A DNA stretch of 63,952 bases, the filler included, from Octopus bimaculoides (taxonomy: Eukaryota): the NCBI RefSeq assembly GCF_001194135.2. It is 8 parts of 7 records of this genome, joined end to end, with 100 filler letters (N's around TTAATTAATTAA, not from the genome) between each part and the next. Parts side by side here need not be neighbours in the genome. Positions count along the whole stretch, not along the records: positions 39,404 to 56,134 come from NC_068991.1; 7 more parts are not named here. One strand, written 5' to 3'. The first letter of the stretch is position 1. Every line of letters begins with the position of its first letter. The position numbers were made by a program, and so were the translations under genes. The notes under the pieces were generated by a model, which worked only from the letters and a program-made list of their open reading frames with translations, did not search any database and was not told where the DNA came from. Of the stretch, positions 39,640-52,629 are shown in pieces.

Positions 39640-40275
39640 GGGTGCTTTTAACATGTTGCCAGTATGAATGCTTATTATGTGGCACCAGCACAAGACTCTT
39701 GCAGGCAAATCCTCTCCACCAAGAGGAGCAGCTTTAACACTTCTGCTGTAGGGCATGGGTCTTCTTGAGTACAGCAAGGCACCAGGCATCTTGGTCCTTT
39801 TTCATCTCATCTAAAAGGCTCAGCATCCTGAGGTTGTCCTTCAGTACTTCATCCCATGTCTTCCTTGGTCTCTCTCTTCCATATGCTCCATCTACTTTGA
39901 GAGAGTAGCACTTCTTTGTTGGCATCCAGTCACATCACATGACCAAACCAGTGCAGTTTTCGCACTTGCACACTGCACACTCTTTACCTAACTTCTCTCT
40001 CAATACGCTAGCACATCAAACAGAGCATACCAGCCCCATTCCTCTCTAGCCTTTGCATGTCTTCTACATTGAGGCCCCATGTCTCACTACTATTTAAAAT
40101 TGTTATCTGTATACATGCATCATACAATCTTCCTTTCACTCAGTGAGAGAAACCTGTGGTTGCCAACAGAGGTAAAAGCTTTTTGAATTACCTCCATTCC
40201 ATTCTTATTCTAGCTATCACACTTTCTGTACATCCTCCTCCACTATTAATTCATTCCCAAGGTAGCAGAAATTAT
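39640..40275 (-). mobile_element. RTE-clade LINE 3' fragment
   Basis: GGCTESVIARIR; KKCYSLKVDGAYGRERPRKTWDEVLKDNLRMLSL...DQDAW. Confidence 0.88.
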
Positions 40276-40551
40276 CCAGTGGTGTATTCTATAAATATGC
40301 CTAGTAAAAGAATCATGAAAGCATGAAATTATTAGTAGCTCTTTTGGTATGTGGGGACACGGACACACACGCATACGCACGCACACACACACACACACAC
40401 GCACGCACACACACACACGGACACACACACACACACACGCACGCACATACACACACGCATACGCACACACGCACGCACACACATACACATACATACAGGC
40501 ACATACAATGTTCAGCACTCATTCTCATTGTTTGATATTAACATTTATATA

Positions 40552-40772
40552 TACAATGGGGTACTGAAAATTTCCTGGCTTTAAGAGTATTGCAAAAGGC
40601 CTGGCTGGAAGCTCAACCTCATGAGTTCTTTTACAGGGCTTGGAAAAACTGAAAGACCACTGCAGTAAATGTGTAACTCTGAGAGAGGAATACTTTGAAT
40701 AAAATCATAATTAATTGATCCTCTTATATTTTCTTTTACCCAAAGCCAGGAACTTTTCAGCACCCCTGAATA
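40552..40772. mobile_element. Mariner-derived MITE
   Basis: TIRs ggggtactgaaaatttcctggcttt / aaagccaggaacttttcagcacccc with TA at the ends. Confidence 0.85.
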
Positions 40773-41398
40773 TACATACATACATGCATGCATACATACA
40801 TACATACATACATACATACATACATACATACATACATACAGAGTGAGTGAAAGAGAGAGTCTTGTAACTCTTCTGCAGCAATAAACCAGTTTTGTTCTTG
40901 CTCTTTCCTTCAAGCATAAAGTCACCTCGCTTCTATAGTCTTACTCAGTCAAATCAGATCTTAGTCTTGAAATCTGTATGGTGATCTCACTAGTACTGGT
41001 GCCAAGAAAAAGCACCCAGTACATTCTGTAAAGTGGTTGACATTAGGAAGGAAACCCAGCTATAGGAACCAAACTAAAGGTAGCTCACTCAATAAACTCA
41101 GTTTTGCTTGGTTCAATTATACAGGAAAAATGGAACTCAAAACATATTATTTGTGAAAACTATATATTTGTGAAAAGAGCAAACGTTGTCTCATAAGCAG
41201 TTGTGCAGGCAAAAGTGTTTGTAAATGTCCTCAGATTGACCTGAAAATTTTCACACCTATGTTAAAAGTGCTGGGGAGCTTCCATGGCAACTTTGAGTTT
41301 GCTGAATTGAAAGGCATGGCCTCTAGGGCAAAATTCCTCATCTTTAAAATGTTGCCCAAGTAGACCCGAATGAAAGCAGGTTATAATACTAGTATATA

Positions 41399-41664
41399 AT
41401 AATAATGATAAATAAATGTGCCCTTTTAAAGCCTAGCCAGGCTCATGGGCCCAGTTTCCCGGTTTCAATGGCGTATGTGTTCCCCAGCTGGACGGGACGC
41501 CAGTCCATCGCAGCGTTACTCCTTTTTGTCAGCTGAGTGGACTGGAGCAACATGAAATGAAATGTTTTGCTCAAGAATACAATGCAACGCCCGGTCCAGG
41601 AATCAAAACCACAATCTTGCGATCATGGTGCTGACACCCTAACCACTAAGCCACGTGCCTCCAC
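41399..41664 (-). mobile_element. SINE family C with 14-bp TSD
   Basis: Head gtggaggcacgtggcttagtggttagggtg; identical aatactagtatata at 41385-41398 and 41665-41678. Confidence 0.93.
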
Positions 41665-41707
41665 AATACTAGTATATACATATTTTTATTAATATTTATC
41701 AGAAGCA

Positions 41708-41917
41708 AGGTGGTGAGCTGGCAGAACCATTAACATTCCAGGCAAAATGCTTAGCAGCATCTTGTCCATCTTTGCATTCAGAGTTCAAGTTCTGCCAAAG
41801 TTGACTTTGCCTTTCATCCGCTCAGGGTTAAAATTAGTACCATTTGAGCACTGGAGTCAATGTAACTGACTTCATCCCTTTCCCCAAATTTTTGGCCTTG
41901 TGCCAAAATTTGAAACC
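41708..41917 (+). mobile_element. SINE family B
   Basis: aggtggtgagctggcagaacc...gagttcaagttc...ggccttgtgccaaaatttgaaacc. Confidence 0.88.
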
Positions 41918-41920
41918 GGT

Positions 41921-42055
41921 ATTTAGCAGATGCAACAGAATGACTCAGAGTTTCAAGATTTTTGGGCATTAGCACTTATAAAACTTCTCAAACTTTGATA
42001 AGTGCTGGTGCAGGAAACTCTTAGCCTTTGAGTCATTCTGTTGCTTCTGCTAAAT
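41921..42055. mobile_element. 135-bp foldback (MITE-like)
   Basis: 27-bp arms 41921-41947 and 42029-42055 with one mismatch, plus inner paired segments gagtttc/gaaactc and gcattagcacttat/ataagtgctggtgc. Confidence 0.7.
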
Positions 42056-42085
42056 TTTAATACATATATAAATGCATATTTATAT

Positions 42086-42241
42086 AGGTGTGGCTGTGTG
42101 GTAAGTAGCTTGTTTACCAACTATATAGTTCCGGGTTCATCCTACTGTGTAGCACCTTGGGCAAGTGTCTTCTACTATAGCCTCAGGCAGACCAAATCTT
42201 TGTGAGTGGATTTGATAGATGGAAACTGAAAGAAGCCTGTC
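42086..42241 (+). mobile_element. SINE family A, 5' half
   Basis: gtgtggctgtgtggtaagtagcttg...ccttgggcaagtgtcttctactatagcc. Confidence 0.92.
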
Positions 42242-42288
<47 letters not shown>

Positions 42289-42298
42289 TGTATGTATG

Positions 42299-42354
<56 letters not shown>

Positions 42355-42464
42355 CGTTGTCTCATAAGCAGTTGGTATCCTTCTGGATCAAGCCAGAAGG
42401 ATACCAAGAAGCAGACCAATCCCAAAAGAAGGATTTGGAAGCTAAAGAACTCTTCACATGGTCA

Positions 42465-43335
42465 GAGATTTAGGGACATCCTCTTCCACAGGTTCCCTCA
42501 ACCGCTAAAATGTGACACTTTTTCCACACACCTATCCTCATCCATTCTCACCACATGACCATACCAGTGCAGTCATCTCTCTTGCACACCACATCTGATG
42601 CTTCCTAGGTCCAACGTTTCTCTCAAAGCACATACACTCTGTCGTGTATGCACACTGACATTACACATCTAGCGGAGTATACTGGCTTCATTCCTTGCAA
42701 GCTTACACATGTCCTCAGCAGTCATAACCCATGTTTCACTGCCATGTAGCATGGCTGTTCGTACACATGTGTCATACAGTCTACCTTTTACTCTGAGTGA
42801 GAGGTCCTTTGTCACCAGCAGAGATAGGAACTCTCTGAACTTTACCCAGGCTATTCTTATTCTAGCAGCTACACTTTCAGAGCATCCACCCCTGCTACTG
42901 ACTTGGTCACCTAGGTAACGGAAGCTGTCAACTACTTCTTGTAGTTTTTCTCCTTGGAATGTGGCAGAAGTTGTTCTCTGCACATTTTCAGTGTTTATTG
43001 CTCCTGAGATCTGCCACATACAAAAACTATCTTCCCAGTTAGCCTTCCTATGATATTGCTGCACCTCTTATGTGTCCATAGCTTACACTGGCTACGTCTT
43101 ATAAAGTTTCTACCTATGCCTTTTCTACAGATCGAGCAGGGCCATCTACCTGAAGGGATTTGTGGTTTGTCTACCTTCCTACTTATTAAGACTTTGGTTT
43201 TAGCTAGGTTGACTCTTAGGCCCTTCGATTCTAATCCTTGCTTCCACACCTGAAACTTCTCCTCTAGTTCTGATAGTGACTCAGCAATTAGAGCAAGGTC
43301 ATCAGCATCAGCTCCCAGGGGCATCCTGTCTTATA
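42465..43335 (-). pseudogene. RTE-clade LINE reverse transcriptase remnant
   Basis: GCPWEL/ADDLALIAESLSELEEKFQVWKQGLESKGLRVNLAKTKVL; PCSICRKGIG zinc motif; VVDSFRYLGD; KGRLYDTCVRTAMLHGSETW. Confidence 0.95.
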
Positions 43336-44215
43336 TNNNNNNNNNNNNNNNNNNNNNNNNNNNNNNNNNNNNNNNNNNNNNNNNNNNNNNNNNNNNNNNN
43401 NNNNNNNNNNNNNNNNNNNNNNNNNNNNNNNNNNNNNNNNNNNNNNNNNNNNNNNNNNNNNNNNNNNNNNNNNNNNNNNNNNNNNNNNNNNNNNNNNNNN
43501 NNNNNNNNNNNNNNNNNNNNNNNNNNNNNNNNNNNNNNNNNNNNNNNNNNNNNNNNNNNNNNNNNNNNNNNNNNNNNNNNNNNNNNNNNNNNNNNNNNNN
43601 NNNNNNNNNNNNNNNNNNNNNNNNNNNNNNNNNNNNNNNNNNNNNNNNNNNNNNNNNNNNNNNNNNNNNNNNNNNNNNNNNNNNNNNNNNNNNNNNNNNN
43701 NNNNNNNNNNNNNNNNNNNNNNNNNNNNNNNNNNNNNNNNNNNNNNNNNNNNNNNNNNNNNNNNNNNNNNNNNNNNNNNNNNNNNNNNNNNNNNNNNNNN
43801 NNNNNNNNNNNNNNNNNNNNNNNNNNNNNNNNNNNNNNNNNNNNNNNNNNNNNNNNNNNNNNNNNNNNNNNNNNNNNNNNNNNNNNNNNNNNNNNNNNNN
43901 NNNNNNNNNNNNNNNNNNNNNNNNNNNNNNNNNNNNNNNNNNNNNNNNNNNNNNNNNNNNNNNNNNNNNNNNNNNNNNNNNNNNNNNNNNNNNNNNNNNN
44001 NNNNNNNNNNNNNNNNNNNNNNNNNNNNNNNNNNNNNNNNNNNNNNNNNNNNNNNNNNNNNNNNNNNNNNNNNNNNNNNNNNNNNNNNNNNNNNNNNNNN
44101 NNNNNNNNNNNNNNNNNNNNNNNNNNNNNNNNNNNNNNNNNNNNNNNNNNNNNNNNNNNNNNNNNNNNNNNNNNNNNNNNNNNNNNNNNNNNNNNNNNNN
44201 NNNNNNNNNNNNNNN

Positions 44216-44259
<44 letters not shown>

Positions 44260-45717
44260 GTATGCATCTGCACCACCGGATGCTCCTGAACCAGTAGTTG
44301 AGTGTCCCACCCATGTGGATGTGTCAAAACAGTTGTCGTGATTAATAATAAATTTCTCGTATATTCCATCTTCTGTCTTTCATTTGCCACAAATATATAC
44401 ATATATATGTATATGTATGTATATATGTATGTATATATGTATGTATGTATATATGTATGTATGTATGTATGTATGTACATGTGCACATGTGTGTATGTGT
44501 GTGTGTGTGTCTGTGTGTGTCTGTGTATGAGTGTGTATGTATGAGTGTGGGGGCACATAATTACAAAATATTTTTTAAAGTTTTGTCACAAACAGGTTAC
44601 AAAATGTCAAAATATTTCTTCAATTTATTTCATTTTAATAAGGCCGTTCATCAATAATTATGTTTATTTATAGCTATTACAGAGCAGTACAAACTTTATA
44701 TATACATATATGTACACACACACACACAACACACACACACACACACAACACACACACACACACACACTCACACGCACACTCACACACACACATACACACA
44801 CACACTCACACACACACACACACACACACTCACACACACACACTCACACACAAATATATAATACATATCATGAGAGTTGGGGGCCTTGTGTCTATTTTAG
44901 AAATAATTATTATCTCTTTGACTTTTTACATGCGTTCACTGTGACATCAGATACCCTGCTATGCCAAGCAAATAGGGTATCTGATGTCACAGATATTATT
45001 GCTACTTAGGTTGACTGCTAATCTTAATAAAGCTGATATTTATTATCAATTATTAGTAAGCAGTCATTTATCTGTTGCGTAATTTATGGGTAATCAAGGT
45101 TGTAGTCCACCCTTTCAAATATGGGGCCCTATGTCTCTGAAAGAAGTTATGGGTGTATCTATATTGACTCTCTCTGGAGACAAGTTTAATACTGAAGGAT
45201 TCCTGCTTTAAACCATTTATAATTAAATATCAGAATTTCAAAAAAGAATTAAATCATTTGTACCATCTGGAATTAGTTCACAATTAGCTGAAGTAAAAGA
45301 CTGCCTTTTCCTTAAAAGCATATTCAGGAGAATTGTTGACTCTTTGAGGGTATTCCCCTTTCCAACTTGAGTTGGTTGCAATTGTTACTAGGTGTTTATT
45401 TATCTCTTTTGAAGCAAACTTAGTTTCCATACATGTATTTACTATAGTTTTCCTGTCTTTGTTATCCAAATTCATGCCACCAACCACTCTAAGTCATTTC
45501 TCTTAACTCATGTACATTATATGTATTATTATATATATATNNNNNNNNNNNNNNNNNNNNNNNNNNNNNNNNNNNNNNNNNNNNNNNNNNNNNNNNNNNN
45601 NNNNNNNNNNNNNNNNNNNNNNNNNNNNNNNNNNNNNNNNNNNNNNNNNNNNNNNNNNNNNNNNNNNNNNNNNNNNNNNNNNNNNNNNNNNNNNNNNTGT
45701 GTGTGTGTGTGTGTGTA

Positions 45718-46160
45718 TCATCATCATCGTTTAACGTCCGCTTTTCACGCTAGCATGGGTTGGACAATTTGACTGAGGACTGGTGAAACCAGATGGCTAC
45801 ACCAGGCTCCAATCTGATCTGGCAGAGTTTCTACAGCTGGATGCCCTTCCTAATGCCAACCACTCTGAGAGTGTAGTGGGTGTTTTTACGTGGCACCAGC
45901 ATGAGGGCCAGTCATGCGGTACTGGCAACGGCCACGCTCAAAAAGTGCCAGTAAGGCGACGCTGGTAACGATCATGCTCGAATGGTGCTATTTACGTGCC
46001 ATTAGCATGGAAGCCAGACAGCTGCTCTGGCAATGATCACGCTTGGACGGTGCTGTTAGTGCTCCACTGGCACAGGTGCTAGTCATCGAATATGGTTCAA
46101 TTACGATTTCGATTTCACTTGCCCCAACAGGTCTTCGCAAGCAGAGTTTAGTGTCCAATG
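45718..46160 (-). mobile_element. RTE-type 3' UTR/tail with (CAT)n end
   Basis: catcatcatcgtttaacgtccgc...tggatgcccttcctaatgccaaccac; related sequence on + at about 40990-41070. Confidence 0.7.
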
Positions 46161-46163
46161 AAG

Positions 46164-46480
46164 GAGAGGTGCAATGGCCCAGTGGTTAGGGCAGCGGACT
46201 CACAGTTGGAGGATCACGGTTTCGATTCCCAGTCTGGGCGTTGTGTGTGTTTATTGAGTGAAAACACCTAAAAGCTCCACGAGGCTCTAGCAGGGGGTGG
46301 TGGCGACCCCTGTTGTACTCTTTCGCCCCAACTTTCTCTCACTCTTTCTTCCTGTTTCTTGAGTAACGCTGCAATGGACTGGTGTCCCGTCCAGCTGGTG
46401 GGGAACACATACACCATAGAAACCAGGAAACTGGGCCCATGAGCCTGACTAGACTATGAAAGGGCACATAAATAAATAAA
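46164..46480 (+). mobile_element. SINE family C
   Basis: A-box tggcccagtggttagg, B-box ggtttcgattccc; tail gaaactgggcccatgagcctg shared with 41399-41664. Confidence 0.9.
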
Positions 46481-46850
46481 TATATATATATACACACACA
46501 TATATATATATATATTAATATTTAGTAGAAGTAACAACGTGACTCATATGCATGTGTACATGCATGCATGTATGTGTGTGTGTACGTATGTATGTGTGTA
46601 TGCATGTGTGTGTGTATGTATGTATGTATGTATGTATGTATGGGTATATGTATGTACATATTTATGTATGCATGCATGTATGTATGCATGCATGTATGTA
46701 TGCATGTACGTATGCATGTATGTAAATATGTAAGTAAATATGTATGTATATGTGTATGTATGTATGTATGTATGGATGGATGGATGGATGTATTTATGTA
46801 TGTATGTATGTATGTATGTATGTATGTACGTATGTATGCATGTATGCATG

Positions 46851-47882
46851 TGTTATATCCTTTCAACTCCAATATCGTAGTACAGGTGATATCATCAATG
46901 ATAAAAAAAGAATACAGTGACCGTGTTATAACAATACAAAACAGAAACAGCATAGTAACAAACATGTAATGAACCAACAATCAATATTTCCAACACACTA
47001 ACTCGAACTGTAAACTGTATCTGGACTTCGCGGACCAAACAATGAACTGCCTATGTCAGAACGCTAGTATTTATATATACAAAGGTCTTGTGTATTCTCA
47101 TCAGAGGGTGTTGTACTCTCACCACAACATCTCCCCTTTTGAGATTTCGAGTTCTGAAGGAATAAAGAAGACTTAGGCCTTATCTGAAGGTGTTCAGTTT
47201 GCTTCCATTTTCTCATGCTGGTTCTACAGGACTCCATTACTTTCAGTGCTGGGATATCAAAGACATCAAAAAATACTTCCATAAGAATTTCTCTCCGTTC
47301 TTCAATATGTCTCTTCTTTAGCTGATTTATGTGTCTCCTATGTTCCTTTAATTTGATGCATCATGCTTCCTATTCTTTTGGTTACAAGGCCATCCTCTCA
47401 GACTTTTTTTACTATTTATGCTGGTTTTAAAATGCACTTTATCTCCTACTTCAAAATATTTCATCACATCTTTCATATTTCCTTTACACCTTTTTTTCTT
47501 TGGCAATAACTTACCAAAAATCAATATTATTCTTCTCACAAACATCAACTCTACGGGTGACTTTCTTGAATTTGTTCTTGGATTGGGGGTTAAGAATTTT
47601 GTTAATGCTTCATCATTACTTAATTCATTCCTAGCTTTTCTTAACGCTATTTTGAACATGTCTATGAATCTTTCTACCTGCCCATTTGACCTTGTGTGGT
47701 AGGGTGAAGTGAAAATATGCTTTATCACATTTTACAGAAGTTCTTGAATTCATACCCCAAGAATTGCATTCCATCATATTGAATGGTGGTTCGTCAAAGA
47801 CCTTAATGTGGCATTATTACCATGCTGAGACTCTACCACACGAGCCCATCTCATCAGAGGTTGTCGTACTCTTGCCACAACA
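46851..47882 (-). mobile_element. Deleted Gypsy LTR element with integrase remnant
   Basis: HIFTSPYHTRSNGQVERFIDMFK..TPNPRT..KSPVELMF (47348-47728); PPT aaaaggggaga (47140-47130) directly before LTR TGTTGTGG...TAACA (47129-46851); a second LTR start at 47882. Confidence 0.9.
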
Positions 47883-48272
47883 GTATGTATGCATGTGTGT
47901 GTGTGTGTGTATGTGTGTGTGTGCATATGTACAGCTGTGTGAGTATGTACTTTATCTTCATGTCATGCAATCTTTGTAAACAAAACACTCATTCAGATAA
48001 TATTGTTTTGTTTCCAGCTCTCTGCATATCAGAGACATCTGTCGTTTGATAGATTAAGGGATTATTACCTTGCTTGGAAACAGTTGAGTGTTGATATCAG
48101 GAAGGATATCTGACCAAAGAAAACTTCGTCCCAACATAATCTCATCTATTCGATTAAATCAGGAAAAAAGGACATGAAAACAATGACAAGGATTATGATA
48201 ATGATGATAAGGATTATGATGATGATGTTATACATACATGCATGTGTGTGTGTGTGTATCTGTGTGTGTGTG

Positions 48273-48323
<51 letters not shown>

Positions 48324-48589
48324 CAATTTTATTTCAAGATTTCTTGCCAATAGAGAAAGAGCCAGTTTCTAACTTAGATCCATGGCTCCTTTATTGGAAT
48401 TTCAACATCTACAGGGTATATTTGTATGTATGTATGTATGTATGTATGTATGTATGTATGTATGTATGTATGTATGTGTGCAGGTTTGCATGTCTTGATT
48501 TATGTATGTATTCTCATGCATGTCTAGATATGTATGTATTTCTTGCATGTCTAGATATGCTCATATATATGTAAACGATAAACAGTTGG

Positions 48590-49350
48590 AAAGTACAGAT
48601 TTTTACAGTTCCAGTGATGGCTTGGATCTATAGTTTTCAAATCAGCTTTCTCCTTTCTGACGCCTAATTTCTCAAGATTGGTATTTAGGCAGTGTGTTAC
48701 ATATCCCAGTGGATAGAATAGCTGTAGATTCCTCAATAGTTCAGCATAGGTATTTTCTTTTTTAGCTGATCTTTAGCTTTATGTTAACTTCTGTTGGGCA
48801 GCTGATTTCCACAACTATACACAGTTTCTCTTCTCTATCCCAAATTACTATGTCAGGTCTATTATTTTTACACTTTATTGAGGTTTCCACTGGGACATTC
48901 CACTAGTACTCTTTTTTTTATTATGAGTGGCTATGACTTCTACCATACTGTAGGTTCTTATTTCTTTGATCTTGAAGTTATCCTTCTGACAGATCTCATT
49001 ATACAGTGTCCTAACTACATCATGCGTCATTGATAGATAATACCATGGTAACATTTTCAGACAACTGCTTATGATGTGAGTGATATCACTGGTGTTAATC
49101 CACAAGGTCTGCATTGGTTATCACATTTTGCTGCACTTCCTGCATCTCTGTCCCTTTTGTGCATCAGGTATTTGGTTGATATTTCTTGTTCTTGGATTGC
49201 AAACACATACCTTTCAAAGTGAGAGTTAGTGATTTGGTTGTCGGTCTATGATAAACTGCTTTGATGATCAATGTTACTATCATCCTGGAGCTTCCTAACA
49301 TATCCATGTTCTGATGATATACGCTCATCCTTTCATCTGATGATACATTG
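48590..49350 (-). pseudogene. R4/Dong-like REL non-LTR retrotransposon 3' remnant
   Basis: SHFERYVFAIQEQEISTKYL..KRDRDAG...CDNQCRPCG...DITHIISSC (CCHC knuckle)...THDVV...RNLQLFYP/LGYVTHCLNTNLEKLG. Confidence 0.85.
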
Positions 49351-49789
49351 CAGTAGAGTCATGTGACTTCTTTGGGCGTGTGTGTGTATGTGTTACATAT
49401 ATATACATAAATATATACAAAGAGAGAGAGGAAGGGAGAGAGAGGGTGGGAGGGAGAGAGAGCAATACATATATATTTCTCTTTTACTGGTTTTAGCCAT
49501 GCAACTCTGGCATGCTGGAGAACCTCCCTTGATATAATCCATCGAAATTACTGAATTAACTGTTGTTATTTATCTCCAGTGCAACCTTGATCATGCAAAC
49601 CTGTGATCAAAGGCATTATTTAAGATGGTTCTGTGCTATTTGGAATTTTGCTGCTATTTCTAGCATGTCAAACAATTACATTGAGCCAAAACGTGTTAAC
49701 AACAAACAAGATGAGGACAAATATCTGTCAAATGTAAATAATGTAAATAATGTAAATAATGTTCATCATTTATATAATTCTTCTAAGAA

Positions 49790-50230
49790 TATTGTCTAAT
49801 TGCTTGTAGTACCAACAGATTTTCATCCAGAGAAATATAGTAGTATTGGTACAACTACCAATGTGTAAGCTTGAAATTTTTGACCAATGTGCTCTTGTTA
49901 CATTTGCTTCCAGTCTCTCAAATACAGAACTCAATTTGTACAAATGGCTCTTGATTTTTGGTCTAATATGTTGTTTTCTTTATAAATCACAGTAAAATCT
50001 CCCAATATTTCTACTAAATAAGTATAAAAAATTTTCAGACACTATAATGTTGATTTATAGAAATATAGGGTTCTAGATGCTGCTTCTAGTTCAAGTGGAA
50101 AGAAAACTTGTCTTTGATGTATTTATAATTAGTCCCAAACCTTGACATGCTGTGAAAAACCTGTATATTTTTAATTGTGTATCAATTTCAGTTCTGGTAA
50201 CAAATGCACAGTCACCAAATGTGCAGATAG
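49790..50230 (-). pseudogene. Old RTE-clade RT fragment
   Basis: FGDCAFVTRTEIDTQ...FFTACQGLGLIINTSKT (FADD region), followed by a decayed thumb-domain segment. Confidence 0.7.
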
Positions 50231-50353
50231 ATAAATATACATATATATGTACATATGTACATGTAAAATAGATAGGCATATATACATACAGATTAATATT
50301 TCATATTGTATGTATATGAATGAGTATGAGTCAAAGTAGTGTGTATGCTTGTA

Positions 50354-50405
<52 letters not shown>

Positions 50406-50752
50406 AGCATGGGAACAAATAAGCACATACCTGCATCTAAATATAGGATATATACATATGTATGTATATACTTACGTGTATGCACATACTCTGTCTATAT
50501 AAATTGATTATAACCAAATCAAGAAACCAACTAAGCATGAGAAATATCGGCTGGGACATTAATGTCTTTTTATCAAGCAAAAAAAAGAACATTTCATTCA
50601 ATCATGCGACCAGTTGAAGCATCAGACCATTGTAGTGTGTATGACATAAATTATTTGCTTTATATGTATCAATCAAAACACAGGCATATATATGTGTGTA
50701 TATTTTTATATACATATATATCTATACATGTATATCCACACACACATATATA

Positions 50753-50790
<38 letters not shown>

Positions 50791-51360
50791 NNNNNNNNNN
50801 ATATACATACATATATACATATATATACATATATATACATACATGCATACATATATACATACATACATACATATGTATATATATATATATGATTGTGTGT
50901 GTGTGAGCATACTATGTTTGTATTATCATTGACGTCATCATCATCATCATCATCGTCATCGTCATCGTTATCTTCATTATCGCTTTTACCACAACAATCA
51001 TCATCACCATCATTTTGACATGTTTTTTCCCATGTTGCCATGGGTTGAAAAGATCTCAAGGCATTTCGCCACCCACTGTGGTCCTTCATCAAATGGAATA
51101 CACATCAATAGAGAAAATAGCAGCCAATTCTGCTGCTGTGCATGTAATTATTGGAATGGGTGCATTTTGTCATGTCACTGACACCAAAGAAATTGTCTTT
51201 ACATTGTTTCCGTTATTTTTTTTCCTTTTAGTGCACTTTTAGAGATGAATGTCCTTCCTAACACAGTCCATATCATGATATCTAGTTGCTGACTTGATAA
51301 AAACACCCACATGATTATCCACCAGCTTTCCAACAACTTTGGCCACCTTTCTGACTTTAA

Positions 51361-52625
51361 CCCTTTTAAAACAGTTAACGTAAATTTACGCACACAATGT
51401 ACATGCCTTAAATCGGTTGACGTAATTATACACCACCTGTCACCTGAGTTAGTATCGGTCGACCTGCCATCTGACAGGCTGATTAGATGTTTCATGCAAA
51501 TATTTACAACCCGATAGGCTGGTCCTGCCACTCCAGCTCTGTCAATTTCATCATTGCATCTTGTTTCATCAAATTTATGATCGTCGCGTCCTACCACTCC
51601 GGCTCCATCATCTTCATCATTGCATCCTGTTTTGTCAAATTTACAGTCATTATGCCAAACTACACCAAGCTCCACCACCTCACCAGTTGTTTCTTCCAGT
51701 CTGGACGATGACTCAGAGGGTGAGTATTTTCCAAGTTCAGAATCAGATGTTTCTCATAGCGATGATGATATTCCAGTGATCAAAGATACAGGTAGGCAGC
51801 AGTGAATGGCCCTGGACAAGAGAATGGCATTTGGTAAGCGAGACAATATCATCTGATGACTTGGGGCATAAAGACAAACCTTGGAAGTTTGCCATTGGAA
51901 GTCTTCCACAAGTTTTTAATGGATGAAATGTTCCAATTTATAGTAGATGAAATAAATGACTATACTCAAAACCATCCCCAGCATGCCAGACCCAGGCATG
52001 GTGGTGATTGGTTTCCAACCACAGGGGACAAAATCAAAGTTCTGCTTGCCCTACTGATATTGTTGGGCATTGTGAAGAAACCAACCCTGGTGTCATATTA
52101 GAATCAGGATCCAGCCACATCGACACCTTTCCTTGATTTGGCAGATGCTTGGAAGTGTGGGGGATGGATTTACATTCAGGAATATATTGTTCTGTGAAAT
52201 GATAGAAGTATCAGACCTGCCAAAGTACAGAATGCGTGGATGTCCTCATGCCAGATTCTCTCCTCACTGCATAGTAAAGAGACGTGGACTTTTTTCCATG
52301 ACTGTTTTCCCCCCAACACCAAGAAAACAAATATTTCAAAGAGATGCACAGTATGTAATGCAAAAGAGAAATGTAAAGAAACTAGATACCATTATTCACA
52401 ATGTGATATGCCTCTGTGTGTGGTACCCTAGTGTGAATTCTACCACGCTAAAGCCAAGTTTTGAATTCATGTGATTGTAAATACATGAAGTTGACCTGAC
52501 TTGTGCTGTTGAGTGATCTTATTCAGGAATAATACCACATGAATAATACCACAGGGATATAGTCTAAGTAAATAAACAGTACTTGCACTAAAGCAGCTGA
52601 CGTAAATATAAGGCCAACAGTTTCA
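51361..52625 (+). mobile_element. Internally deleted piggyBac (PGBD4-like) transposon
   Basis: TTAA|CCC left end at 51357-51363; acidic N-terminus; PLEVFHKFLMDEMFQFIVDEINDY..WFPTT..IKVLLALLILLGIVKKP; C-terminal RCTVC..KETRY...CDMPLCVVP; DDD core absent. Confidence 0.88.
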
Positions 52626-52629
52626 GTGG

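Noticed and set aside
46164-46240. tRNA gene (also the SINE heads at 6139, 14777, 41399)
   Set aside because: A and B boxes are present but there is no cloverleaf, and each is followed by a SINE body.
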